Of a stretch of DNA of 64,000 nucleotides, positions 19,564 through 29,181 are shown piece by piece. The stretch is taken from NCBI GenBank assembly GCA_965218585.1, contig CBDCLE010000025.1:133390-197389 (forward strand), in the 5' to 3' direction. Each line of letters begins with the position of its first letter. The first letter of the stretch is position 1. The translations under genes and the position numbers were made by a program. Source of the stretch: Terriglobia bacterium. Lineage in GTDB: Bacteria > Acidobacteriota > Terriglobia > 20CM-2-55-15. The notes beneath the pieces are model-generated. The model did not search any database and was not told where the DNA came from. It worked only from the letters and a program-made list of their open reading frames with translations.

Positions 19564-20298
19564 TCACGCCCCGACGAAGTAGCCGACGATCTGGTAGCCC
19601 ATAAGGACGAAACCACCTGCCATCAGGACGGAGTTGGTCAGGAAAGCGTGGGCCAGATACCCCTGACGTGTTCGCCAGTAGCTCAAGGCGATCAGAACCC
19701 CTGTCAGGGCGAGCATCTGCCCGATTTCCACTCCGATATTGAAACTCAGGATGTTTGCGACCAGGCCCGACTCCGACAGCGTGAACTCCTGAAGCTTCGT
19801 CGCAAGGCCCAAACCGTGGAAGAGCCCGAACACCAGAACGGCCGCACGCGTGTCGATCTGAAATCCAAGGAACCGCTTGAAACCATCCACGTTTTCGAAA
19901 CCTTTGTAGACAACGCTCAGCCCGATGATCGCGTCGATCACGTAAGCGTTTGCCTCAAAGCCCCCGAGAACTCCCGCCAGCAACGTCACGCTGTGACCAA
20001 TCGTGAAGAGGCTCACGTAAAGCGCGATGTCCTTCACCCTGTACAGAAAGAAAATGACGCCGACCAGGAACAGGAGATGATCATACCCGGTAACCATGTG
20101 CTTGGCCCCGAGGTACATGAACGGACCGACGGCCGCGCCTTCGTTGGACTGAACGAATTCCGCGTCCCGTTCCGACACACCGTGCGCGGCGGCCAGGCCA
20201 GGAAGGGTCAAAACAAGCAATAAAACGGCGAGACCGATAACGAAGATTTGTCTGGCGATTATCACGTTCCGCTTATACCACCCAGCAAAGGAATCCAC
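19564..20298 (-). CDS. HupE/UreJ-family membrane protein (metal transporter-like)
   Basis: GAKHMVTGYDHLLF, FTIGHSVTL, FGLFHGLG, FNIGVEIGQ. Confidence 0.9.
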   Translation of the reverse strand: MDSFAGWYKRNVIIARQIFVIGLAVLLLVLTLPGLAAAHGVSERDAEFVQSNEGAAVGPFMYLGAKHMVTGYDHLLFLVGVIFFLYRVKDIALYVSLFTIGHSVTLLAGVLGGFEANAYVIDAIIGLSVVYKGFENVDGFKRFLGFQIDTRAAVLVFGLFHGLGLATKLQEFTLSESGLVANILSFNIGVEIGQMLALTGVLIALSYWRTRQGYLAHAFLTNSVLMAGGFVLMGYQIVGYFVGA

Positions 20299-20302
20299 AA
20301 AT

Positions 20303-20548
20303 CTAGCGCCGTCCGACGAGAATGGGGTGCGGCTTATACTCGCCGTCTAAAGCTTCCAGTTCGCTCTCGTCCAGCTTCAATTCAATAGCTCCTACGGAAT
20401 CCTCGAGATGGTTCAGTCGGGTCGCTCCAACGATCGGGGCAACAACGCCTGGCTGATGCATCAGCCAGGCCAGCGCAACCTGGGCGTTGCTCACGCCGCG
20501 CGCCTGGGCAACGCGCGTCACCTGATCCACAACCGCGAAATCGTACGG
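20303..20548 (-). pseudogene. Aldo/keto reductase, 3' fragment truncated by an IS end
   Basis: AQVALAWL...PIVGATRLNHLED motif; the frame starts abruptly at the IS boundary (20549). Confidence 0.85.
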
Positions 20549-22350
20549 CGCATTGACTCATTGAAAATGTTACCGAACTGAGGGTTGTTGCCTCATTAGA
20601 AATGTTACCCAACTCTATGAGAACGGAGGTGGGAAGTGAGGACACACATGACTGTTGCGGCAAGGCGAGAATTAGCTCTACGAACGGCGGTTCGCTACAA
20701 GAATGCGGCGCGACCGGAGAAGAAGCGAATCCTGGATGAGTTCCTTGAATCGACCGGGTTCCATCGGAAGCACGCGACACGGCTTCTGAACGACATTCTG
20801 AGGGGCGAACGGCCCCGACGGCAACCGCGCGGCCGGGTCCGTCGATACGGCCCCGCGGTGCAGGCCGCCCTGATCGCGGCCTGGCGCACAGTCAATGATG
20901 TCTGTGGCAAACGGCTCGTTCCGTTTCTGCCGGAGCTGATCCCGACCATGGAGCGTCACGGGCATCTGTCATTGTCTGATAAAACGCGGGCGGATCTGCT
21001 TGAGCTGAGCGCCGCCACGGCTGATCGGATCTTCCGTCAATTCCGATTCGATCATCGACCGCACGGCAAGACCACCACCAAGTCCGGACAGTTACTCAAA
21101 CACCGCGTTCCGATTCGCACATTCGCCGACTGGGCGGACACGCGGCCGGGATTCATGGAAGCGGACTTAGTTGCACACTGCGGCGGGAACTCGGAAGGCC
21201 CTTTCCTCCACACCCTGGTACTGACCGACGTGGCGACCGGCTGGACCGAATGTCTGGCGTTGCTACGGCGTACGGAGGCGGACATTCTGCAGGCGCTCAC
21301 GACGGCACGGCAGATCCTTCCGTTTCAGCTTGTCGGCCTGGACACGGATAACGGTTCCGAGTTCATGAACTACGGACTCCTCGCCTACTGCGAGCGTGAA
21401 ACGATTCAATTCACCCGAGGCCGAGCGCGCCGGAAGAACGACCAGTGCTTCGTCGAACAGAAGAACGGCTCGATCGTCCGCCAATTGGTCGGCTACGACC
21501 GCTACGAAGGCTCACTGGCATACAGGCAGCTTGCCGAGCTCTACCGAGTGGTCCGGCTCTACGTGAACTTCTTCCAGCCGTCCATGAAGCTCACGACGAA
21601 GACTCGCGATGGATCCCGGGTGACGAAACGCTACGATATCGCGCAAACACCCTATCAACGGCTCTCGAATTCAGATGCGCTCGACCCGGAGGTTCGCGTT
21701 CGCCTTGCTGCGATTTATGAACGTTCGGATCCGGTCGATCTCCTACGACAGCTTGAGAAACTCCAGGATGCATTCTGGAGACATGCGAAGGAACTGGCCT
21801 CTCCCACGCTAACGGACGACATCGTGCGCGCCGCCCTTGTGTCCCCGAACTGCGACGCAGATGCAGACCGAGCCCCGATTGAGGCGGAACTCCCCGATCC
21901 CGGCTTCGAGCAACGAATCACGCGTCGGTATCGCAAAACACGGAAACAACCTGTGCCCCACACCTGGCGTACTCGCCCGGACCCGTTCGACGGCGTCTGG
22001 GAGGAGATGCGGTCATGGCTTGAATCCGATCCCGGGCGAACATCAAAGTCGCTGTTGCTTGAGCTTCAGCAGCGGCGCCCGGGACGTTACCCCAACGGTC
22101 AGTTACGGACCCTGCAGCGGCGCGTGCGCGAATGGCGGCGTCAGATTCTGGAGACTTTCGATGGCGAGTGGCTCGAACTGGATCGGGTCCGCCCGGCTTC
22201 AGCATCTGCGGGCGACGGGGGCTGTGGAAAAGGCGGTCGCCCCACAGCCTCGACGGCGGGAAGAACTCTCCCGTTTGACCGGTCGTTCGGTAACATTTCT
22301 AATGAGGCAACAACCCTCAGTTCGGTAACATTTTTAAATGAGGCAATACG
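20549..22350 (+). mobile_element. ISNCY-like (integrase-core DDE) insertion sequence with about 60-bp terminal inverted repeats
   Basis: Left CGCATTGACTCATT...AAATGTTACC (20549-20609) and right GGTAACATTT...AATGAGGCAATACG (22289-22350); each end has two tandem TTGCCTCATTnnAAATGTTACC-like boxes; no TSD. Confidence 0.88.
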
Positions 22351-23929
22351 GCCGGGAGTTTTGATTGTCGCTGATCAAGGGATGCTTTCAGCCGTTTTTG
22401 AAAGATGTCCGGTCGACGGTGGTCGCGTCATGACCGCAAATCTCGATGAAATCCGGGTCATGCAGGGTGTTCGTAACGCCTTCGTCGTGGAGGGTGGGGA
22501 ACGGATGACCAATAGCCCGGGTGGGGCCCACCGGCTTCTGCCAGGTGTCGCGATTGTCGCCGATAGCTGGTGGCAGGCGCGCGCTGCCCGCACCAACCTT
22601 CGGGTGACGTGGGACGCAGGTGAAAACGCCGACGGCAGCAGCGAAGAGTTTTCCAGGATCGCCGAGGGTCTCGGGGATCAGGCACCAGAGGCGTGGGTAA
22701 CCGAAAACGGCGATGTAGACGCCGTTCTGGCGGATGCCGCACAGGTGATCGAGGCTGCCTATTCCTACCCCTTCATTTCGCATGCTCAGCTGGAACCCCA
22801 GAATTGTGTGGCCCGTTTTGAGGACGGGCGGATGGAGATATGGGCACCGACGCAGTTCCCTGCGCCCTCCCAGCAATTGGTGGCGACAACCCTGGGCATC
22901 GACCCATCCGATATCACGATCCACCTCATGAAGACGGGAGGTGGTTTCGGAAGGCGCCTTGTCGGGGATTTCATGGTTGAGACGGCATGGATTGCCAGGG
23001 AGGCCGGGGCTCCGGTGAAACTCCTCTGGAGCCGCGAAGACGACATGGCCCATGATTTCTACCGACCCGGCGGTTTCCATTTCTTCATGGGCGGGTTGGA
23101 TGCCGAGGGAGGGCTCGTTGCGTGGCGCGATCATTTCGTGACCTACGGCGACGGTGAACGCTACGTCACCGGGGCGAATATGAATGGTCAGGAGTTTCCA
23201 TCCGGACTCGTGCCCAACTTTGCTCTCAGGGCGACGATGATGCCGACCGGGGTACCCACGGGTTTGCTCCGGGCGCCCGGAAGCAATGCGCTGGGCTACG
23301 TCATCGAATCCTTTGTGGACGAGTTGGCAGCAGCAGGCGCTGACCCTGTGAGTTTCCGGCTCGACATCATGAGCAGGAATCCACGAGGCGGCGGAGGTTA
23401 TGAAAGCGCACGAATGGCCGCCGTTTTGGAGCGCGTCGCCGAGAAGTCAGGCTGGAGTAGACGCGGTAGCCTCGGCCCCAATCGATCCATAGGCGTAGCG
23501 ACGTATTTTTCCCACCGTGGCTATTTTGCAGAAGTTGTAGATGTCAGTGTTGATTCGGACAAGAGAGTACGTGTGAACAAGGTCTGGGTGGTGGCTGACG
23601 TTGGAAGCCAGATCGTCAACCCGAGCATGGCGGTCAATCAATGTCAGGGAGCCGTAATCGAAGGCTTGAGCCAAACGATGGCCTGGGAGATCACTATCGA
23701 GGGTGGCCAGGCCGTCGAAAGCAATTTCAACCGTTACCAGCCGGTTCGCATGGCCCAGGCGCCGCCGGAAATCGACGTCGAGTTCATCCGGACCGACAAC
23801 ATCCCCACCGGAATGGGTGAGCCGGCTCTGCCACCTGTGCCACCCGCGGTCTGTAACGCCATTTTCCAGATCAATGGCGAGCGCATCCGTTCACTGCCGT
23901 TGTCCAGGCACGGTTACCGTTGGGCGTAA
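20636..23929 (+). CDS. In-frame fusion: DDE transposase plus C-terminal half of an IorB-like (xanthine dehydrogenase family) molybdopterin-binding subunit
   Basis: N-half EADLVAHCGG, DTDNGSEF, KNDQCFVEQKN; after 22350 HAQLEPQNC, GGGFGRR, LRAPG, GMGEP. Confidence 0.85.
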   Translation: MRTHMTVAARRELALRTAVRYKNAARPEKKRILDEFLESTGFHRKHATRLLNDILRGERPRRQPRGRVRRYGPAVQAALIAAWRTVNDVCGKRLVPFLPELIPTMERHGHLSLSDKTRADLLELSAATADRIFRQFRFDHRPHGKTTTKSGQLLKHRVPIRTFADWADTRPGFMEADLVAHCGGNSEGPFLHTLVLTDVATGWTECLALLRRTEADILQALTTARQILPFQLVGLDTDNGSEFMNYGLLAYCERETIQFTRGRARRKNDQCFVEQKNGSIVRQLVGYDRYEGSLAYRQLAELYRVVRLYVNFFQPSMKLTTKTRDGSRVTKRYDIAQTPYQRLSNSDALDPEVRVRLAAIYERSDPVDLLRQLEKLQDAFWRHAKELASPTLTDDIVRAALVSPNCDADADRAPIEAELPDPGFEQRITRRYRKTRKQPVPHTWRTRPDPFDGVWEEMRSWLESDPGRTSKSLLLELQQRRPGRYPNGQLRTLQRRVREWRRQILETFDGEWLELDRVRPASASAGDGGCGKGGRPTASTAGRTLPFDRSFGNISNEATTLSSVTFLNEAIRPGVLIVADQGMLSAVFERCPVDGGRVMTANLDEIRVMQGVRNAFVVEGGERMTNSPGGAHRLLPGVAIVADSWWQARAARTNLRVTWDAGENADGSSEEFSRIAEGLGDQAPEAWVTENGDVDAVLADAAQVIEAAYSYPFISHAQLEPQNCVARFEDGRMEIWAPTQFPAPSQQLVATTLGIDPSDITIHLMKTGGGFGRRLVGDFMVETAWIAREAGAPVKLLWSREDDMAHDFYRPGGFHFFMGGLDAEGGLVAWRDHFVTYGDGERYVTGANMNGQEFPSGLVPNFALRATMMPTGVPTGLLRAPGSNALGYVIESFVDELAAAGADPVSFRLDIMSRNPRGGGGYESARMAAVLERVAEKSGWSRRGSLGPNRSIGVATYFSHRGYFAEVVDVSVDSDKRVRVNKVWVVADVGSQIVNPSMAVNQCQGAVIEGLSQTMAWEITIEGGQAVESNFNRYQPVRMAQAPPEIDVEFIRTDNIPTGMGEPALPPVPPAVCNAIFQINGERIRSLPLSRHGYRWA

Positions 23930-24023
23930 GGGAGATTCGGGACTGATCCCTATTTCCTGGACTAAACGTTCTGGACTGGCAATAAGTGTTTCGGGAAATA
24001 GGGCTCTGTCCCTTGAATTTCCC
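23930..24023. repeat. Long imperfect inverted repeat (REP-like) between convergent genes
   Basis: GGGAGATTC-GGGACTGATCCCTATTTCC ... GGAAATAGGGCTCTGTCCC-TTGAATTTCCC. Confidence 0.65.
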
Positions 24024-24030
24024 GGACTCG

Positions 24031-25263
24031 TCACTCCTCACCCGTCGCTTTCCCGTAACGGTTCTGCACATAATCTTCGAGTATCTCCGTGAAGTCGCTG
24101 GCGATGCTATCGCCCTGAAGCGTCGTGTGCAGTCTGGAATCAATGTAGACGGGAGCTTTAGGCTCTTCACCGTTTCCCGGAAGCGAAATCCCGATGTCGG
24201 CGTGCTTTGACTCGCCCGGCCCGTTTACGACACACCCCATGACTGCAACCCGGAGTCCTTCAACTCCTGAGTAGAGCTGTCGCCACATGGGCATCCGGCG
24301 TTCCAGGTACGCTTCGATGTCCTGCGCCATTTCCTGAAAAAGAGTGCTCGTGGTTCGACCACAGCCGGGGCAGGCGGCTACGTGGGGAGAGAAGCGGCGT
24401 AGACCAAGGCTCTGGAGAACATCACGGCACACCCGTACTTCTTCCGTGCGGTCGCCGCCAGGACTGGGGGTCAGGCTTACACGTATCGTGTCTCCTATTC
24501 CTTCAAGGAGAAGGACAGAAAGACCGGCCGCGCTCGCGACGGTACCCCGGCGCCCCATGCCGGCTTCGGTCAATCCTACATGGAGGGGACAATCTGTCTG
24601 GGACGCAAGATTCCTGTAAACGTCGATCAGGTCGCCCACGCTCGAAACCTTTGCGCTCAGGATGATGCGGTCGGTCCCGAGCCCGCACGATTCGGCAAGC
24701 TGGACCGATTCGAGCGCACTGACTACCATTGCTTCCAGTACAACTTTGCTCGCGTCCCGGGGTTGGCCGCGTTTCGCGTTCTCGTCCATCAACCGGGTTA
24801 CAAGCGCCTGGTCCAGTGATCCCCAGTTGACACCAATCCGTATGGATTTCCCGTTGTCCCGGGCGATGCCTATGATGGTTTCAAAGTTTTCATCGTGCTG
24901 ACGCCCCATGCCCACATTGCCGGGGTTGATGCGGTACTTGGCCAGGGCACTCGCGCATTCGGGGAACTCGCTGAGCAGGACGTGACCGTTGTAGTGAAAG
25001 TCCCCTATGATCGGAGTTCCTACGCCCTGATCTCTGAGCCGTTCAAGGATTTTAGGGACAGCCTGTGCCGATTCCCGAGTGTCGACTGTAATTCTCACCA
25101 ACTCAGATCCGGCCTCGCTAAGAGCAGCGATCTGTTCAACTGTGGCTTCGACGTCTGCCGTGTCTGTGTTTGTCATCGATTGGATGACGATCGGGTGAGT
25201 TCCACCGACGGGCACACCCCCGACATCGACGGTTTCGGATTGTCTTCTCTGCGGTTCGGGCAT
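24031..25263 (-). CDS. ispG: (E)-4-hydroxy-3-methylbut-2-enyl diphosphate synthase
   Basis: [58 protein letters not shown]. Confidence 0.97.
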   Translation of the reverse strand: MPEPQRRQSETVDVGGVPVGGTHPIVIQSMTNTDTADVEATVEQIAALSEAGSELVRITVDTRESAQAVPKILERLRDQGVGTPIIGDFHYNGHVLLSEFPECASALAKYRINPGNVGMGRQHDENFETIIGIARDNGKSIRIGVNWGSLDQALVTRLMDENAKRGQPRDASKVVLEAMVVSALESVQLAESCGLGTDRIILSAKVSSVGDLIDVYRNLASQTDCPLHVGLTEAGMGRRGTVASAAGLSVLLLEGIGDTIRVSLTPSPGGDRTEEVRVCRDVLQSLGLRRFSPHVAACPGCGRTTSTLFQEMAQDIEAYLERRMPMWRQLYSGVEGLRVAVMGCVVNGPGESKHADIGISLPGNGEEPKAPVYIDSRLHTTLQGDSIASDFTEILEDYVQNRYGKATGEE

Positions 25264-25441
25264 ACGCCGAGATTATAGAGACGGGTGCCGGATTCGGCAA
25301 AGCGCGTCCGGGCAGCCAAACCTGTTGCGGGAGCTGTTTTCCCCCGTCCTCGAACTGTACAAAGTTCCTTCTCCAGTGTAAGAGTTAAGGAGTGATCGAT
25401 CCGTTTTTCCTTTGAAAAAAGGTTCAGGGACCGAAAAACCG

Positions 25442-25843
25442 ATGTTTGGCATTCCATTTCACGTGCTGGTCGTTCACTTTCCGATCGCCTTGGCAACTGC
25501 AGCCCTTTGCTACGATTCTTCGGGGTTTTATAACGGAATTTCTAGCTCTTACCGAATTGGGTCCAGGCTTGGCCGATGGGCTGCTTTGACGGCGGTCCTT
25601 GCTGCAGCGACGGGTTTCAATCTGGCTGGAGTGAGCGGCCTGGGCAGTCGAGGCGGCGTAACCGGACACGCCGGATTCGGGATAGTCACGACCATCGTTC
25701 TGGTGGTACTGATGTTCGTTCGCTATTCTGCTGAAGCGCGGGAAGAGTCTGTTCAAAAGGCTTTTCCCAGTGTCTGGCTTGCGGTTGAGTTTTTGGCCGT
25801 CATACTGGCGGGTGTGACGGTGATCATCGGACATCGCCTTTAA
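25442..25843 (+). CDS. DUF2231-type membrane protein
   Basis: HVLVVHFPIAL plus four TM helices and conserved His residues. Confidence 0.75.
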   Translation: MFGIPFHVLVVHFPIALATAALCYDSSGFYNGISSSYRIGSRLGRWAALTAVLAAATGFNLAGVSGLGSRGGVTGHAGFGIVTTIVLVVLMFVRYSAEAREESVQKAFPSVWLAVEFLAVILAGVTVIIGHRL

Positions 25844-25868
25844 GGCGCCGAACTAGGAGTAAGTCAAC

Positions 25869-26141
25869 GTGGAAGAGCGGGATTTTTTTTCGGAAAAGGA
25901 CGAGGTTAAGACACACCGGCTGGATTGTCCCTCCTGTCGGCAGTCGAATGAATACAAGATCCGGTGGCGGGTCCGCTCGAAAAAGAAATCTCTGCCGCGT
26001 CACGCCGGTGACGACGATCGGGCCCGATTCAAAGCGGCTAGGGACTACATGGTACGAATCGACGACGTCGTGAGGTGTGTGACGCCCCGGTGCGGGAAGC
26101 GGATCGAGATCAGCAGCCTGCAGTCCGTCATTTTCCTATAG
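25869..26141 (+). CDS. Small zinc-ribbon hypothetical protein
   Basis: AGGAG RBS; CPSC...CVTPRC. Confidence 0.75.
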   Translation: MEERDFFSEKDEVKTHRLDCPSCRQSNEYKIRWRVRSKKKSLPRHAGDDDRARFKAARDYMVRIDDVVRCVTPRCGKRIEISSLQSVIFL

Positions 26142-26172
26142 GAGCCTGTTCGGGGGATTCGCACAGAGGCCG

Positions 26173-26886
26173 CTAACCTTCGTATTCCTTAGTAACCAGA
26201 GTTCCGGGTTCAGCCGGATTCTTCAGGAGTTCGAGCGCGTCTCTGAATATCCGAAGCTGGAGCTCGGTGTTGTTCGGCAGCCCGAGCGACTGACCGGGTG
26301 CGAAGGGCTTGGGGTAGAGCGCACGGGAGGGTCCCGCCTCTTCCGACTCGTCGGGCGAGACCGTAATTAAGACCGAAGGAATACCCAGACATTCGATGGC
26401 GCGCTGAATCGTGACGACCGTCCGATGGCAGAGCGGTCAGCCACCGGTCAGAATCACCGCGTCCGGTCTCAGACGGGCAACTTCGTCAGCCACTTCCCAA
26501 CTGACGTCTTCTTTGAGCTGCCGCAGCCTTGTCGTCAGGCCCATCGAAACGTGGAAATCTGCGATCTTGCCGATTGAGCCGCCTGAAACGAGTTCCCTTA
26601 ATCGATCAATCGGGAATACACAATTGATGTCGCTTTCCGCCCAAGTCGGGTCGTAGTGACCGGCGACAACCCTGAGCTGCCCGCTATCGACGTCGGATGG
26701 AATCTTCCTGAAGCTCAGATCGTTATCCGTGAACGGCTCCATACCCTCGACATAGACCCCGGCGGTCGTCACGAGCGCCACGCGGGATTCGCCGAGCTTA
26801 CCCTTGAAAGGGGTGTATGGAATGCAGGCTCTGGCAATCTGAATAGGCATTAGGTGGGATGAAGGTGTGGGCATAGGTGGTCCCAC
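26173..26886 (-). CDS. Selenoprotein of the glycine/betaine/D-proline reductase B family (PrdB/GrdB-like), Sec at TGA 26437-26439
   Basis: VALVTTAGV, HYDP, DINCVFPIDRL, then ILTGG-TGA-PLCHRTV (UxxC); the frame continues AIECLGIPSV...PGQSLG to TAG at 26173. Alternative start at 26874. Confidence 0.9.
26402..26436 (-). promoter_or_regulatory. Candidate bacterial SECIS element
   Basis: Hairpin AUCG-GAC-[GGUC]-GUC-A-CGAU with a G-starting apical loop 17 nt after the UGA; lower stem CGCU/AGCG. Confidence 0.7.
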
Positions 26887-26907
26887 CCATGCCCGATGGG
26901 TTGGGTG

Positions 26908-27387
26908 TCAGCCTTCGATCTTCTTCAGTTCGTCAATCAGAACCGAATTCTTGGGCTGATCGCCGATCTCATGGACGTCTACGTAGCGGACAATGCCTTC
27001 CTTGTCGACGATGATAATCGCACGTTCCGTGAAGCCCTCTCCTCGAAGGACGTTATATTTCAACGCGACCGCGCCGTGCGGCCAGAAATCGCTCAGGAGC
27101 GGATAGGAAATCCCACCCAGAGATTCCGCGAAAGCCTTGTTGGAAAAAATGGAGTCAATGCTGATGCCCAGGACCTGGGCATCGAGCCGGTCGAATTCGG
27201 AAAGGTCTTCCTCATACGCCGGCAGCTGGAGCGTTCAGACAGGTGTGAACGCGAGCGGGTAAAACGCCAGCACCACGTTCTTCTTGCCTTTAAAGCTCGA
27301 CAGCGTGACTTCGGAGTCGAGATGTGACGGTAGAGTAAAGTCCGGAGCCTCTTCTCCGACCTTTAACTCGTTGGTTGCTTTGGGCAT
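26908..27387 (-). CDS. AhpE-like peroxiredoxin selenoprotein (Sec51 at TGA 27235-27237)
   Basis: Manual translation after AGAGGAG RBS: [19 protein letters not shown]...[15 protein letters not shown]...GISIDS...LLSDFWPHG...TERA...; TGA sits at the peroxidatic PxxxTxxC position. Absent from the ORF track. Confidence 0.92.
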
Positions 27388-27402
27388 TCAATTCTCCTCT
27401 TG

Positions 27403-28014
27403 CTAAAAAAATAACCGAATTACAGCAAACCCAGCGACCAATAGGATAAGGAATATTATCGTTAAAATCTCAAAATATTTTTCGATGAACGACCGAATAG
27501 GAGCCCCGAAGACGCGGATCAGGCCGCCGATCAGGAAAAAACGGAGGGATCGGCTGAACGCCGATGCGAGAGCGAACCGCGTAAGATCGACTTCGAAGAA
27601 ACCAGCTGTGATCGTGGCAACCTTGTACGGAATAGGTGTCAAGCCGGCCACCGCAACGGCGAAAGCGTCGTACTGTCGATACAATTCCTGAATCCTGAGA
27701 TATTGGTCCTCGGCCGCGTAAAACAGGACGATGGGTTCGCCGATGATTCCGAAGAACTCGTGCCCAATCCAGTAACCGAAAAGACCTCCCGTAACCGACC
27801 CGAGGGTACAGACTAAAGCGTAGCGGAAGGCCCGAAGGGGAACAGCAACAGCCAACGCGATCAGGAGGATGTCTGGAGGAATCGGGAAAAATGACGATTC
27901 GGCGAAAGCGATTCCGAACAGGGCCCACTGGCTGTACGGACTGTCCGCCCAACCGATGACCCAATCGTAGAGTCGGCGTATCCCACGTGTAAGGGTTGTG
28001 AGGGGATTAACCAT
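27403..28014 (-). CDS. DedA/YqaA-family membrane protein
   Basis: FAESSFFPIPPD, TPIPYK, SRSLRFF. Confidence 0.92.
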   Translation of the reverse strand: MVNPLTTLTRGIRRLYDWVIGWADSPYSQWALFGIAFAESSFFPIPPDILLIALAVAVPLRAFRYALVCTLGSVTGGLFGYWIGHEFFGIIGEPIVLFYAAEDQYLRIQELYRQYDAFAVAVAGLTPIPYKVATITAGFFEVDLTRFALASAFSRSLRFFLIGGLIRVFGAPIRSFIEKYFEILTIIFLILLVAGFAVIRLFF

Positions 28015-28128
28015 TAAGTCTAACTTTTAAGTCTAACTTTTAACATGGCCCATGGCCTCGATGGTATTATCAGTGGCTTCGAAAGGCGCTCTGGCAGATA
28101 CGTTTTCGTTTTGAAAGGTACTTCAGGG

Positions 28129-29160
28129 ATGATTCTGGTTACGGGTGGTGCGGGATATGTCGGATGTGTCCTTGTCCGCGAGTTGCTCGACAGGGGCGAA
28201 GCCGTGCGAGTGTTCGACAAATTATTGTTTGGTGATGAGCCTCTTTCTGAATTCCGGGACAGGATTGAGCTTGTCGAAGGCGACATACGTTCGATCGACG
28301 AATCAGCCCTGGCCGGAATCGACTCGGTCGTCCATCTGGCGGGGCTTTCGAACGACCCGACAGCCGAATGCAACCCGCGGGCCAATTACGAGATCAATAC
28401 GATTGCGACCGAACGACTCGCACAGTTGTCGAAACGGGCTGGCGTCCGCAGATTCACCTTTGCTTCGACATGTTCGATCTACGATCGCGGCCTCTTCGCC
28501 GACGATGTGCTGGTTGATGAAACGGTTGACGTATCCCCGCGGGCGGCTTACGCCGTGTCCAACTACGATGCAGAGAGGATTCTGCTTCACCTGGCCGACG
28601 AGTCGTTTTGCCCCGTGATTTTTCGCCAGGGAACAGTATTCGGATACAGCCCGAGGATGCGGTACGATCTCGTCGTCAATACTTTCGTCAAAGATGCCTT
28701 GTCCAAGGGACGGCTGACGGTGTTCGGTGGCGGAGAGATGTGGCGGCCGCTGGTCGACGTTTCAGACGTGGCAGAAGCCCACATTTGCGCCATCGAAGCG
28801 CCCGAGGAAAAGGTCCATGGCGAGATATTTAACGTTTCCTACCGGAACTACCGGGTCCTGGAATTAGTCCATTGGACGAAGGAGGCGCTGTCCGATATCC
28901 GGGACGTCGAAATCGATGTCGACTACAGCCCCTTCAAGGGCCGCAGTTATCGGGTTTCCACAGCCAAGATTGAATCCAGCCTGGGCTTCCGTCCGCGTGT
29001 GTCGGTCAAGGATTCGGTTGTTGACATGGTCCGGCGTATCGAGTCCCAGGCCAAAAACGATTTCATGAATCCTGTCTATTACAATATCCAGTGGATGACT
29101 CAGCTCGACCGGATGGAAAAGACCCTCCGACGAGTCGGACCGGTTTTTGGAGATGACTGA
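28129..29160 (+). CDS. NAD-dependent nucleotide-sugar epimerase/dehydratase (extended SDR)
   Basis: GGAGYVG, HLAGLSNDP, ASTCSIY, RMRYDLVVN. Confidence 0.9.
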   Translation: MILVTGGAGYVGCVLVRELLDRGEAVRVFDKLLFGDEPLSEFRDRIELVEGDIRSIDESALAGIDSVVHLAGLSNDPTAECNPRANYEINTIATERLAQLSKRAGVRRFTFASTCSIYDRGLFADDVLVDETVDVSPRAAYAVSNYDAERILLHLADESFCPVIFRQGTVFGYSPRMRYDLVVNTFVKDALSKGRLTVFGGGEMWRPLVDVSDVAEAHICAIEAPEEKVHGEIFNVSYRNYRVLELVHWTKEALSDIRDVEIDVDYSPFKGRSYRVSTAKIESSLGFRPRVSVKDSVVDMVRRIESQAKNDFMNPVYYNIQWMTQLDRMEKTLRRVGPVFGDD

Positions 29161-29181
29161 CAGGTTCAGCGTCTTTTCGAT

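Noticed and set aside
20549-20609. Repeated 22-bp boxes as a possible mini-CRISPR
   Set aside because: Only two copies per end, mirrored at 22289-22350 with the same spacer; these are transposase-binding sites. No cas genes in the window.
26896-27327. 143-aa plus-strand ORF offered by the track
   Set aside because: Antisense to the real Sec-peroxiredoxin gene on the minus strand.
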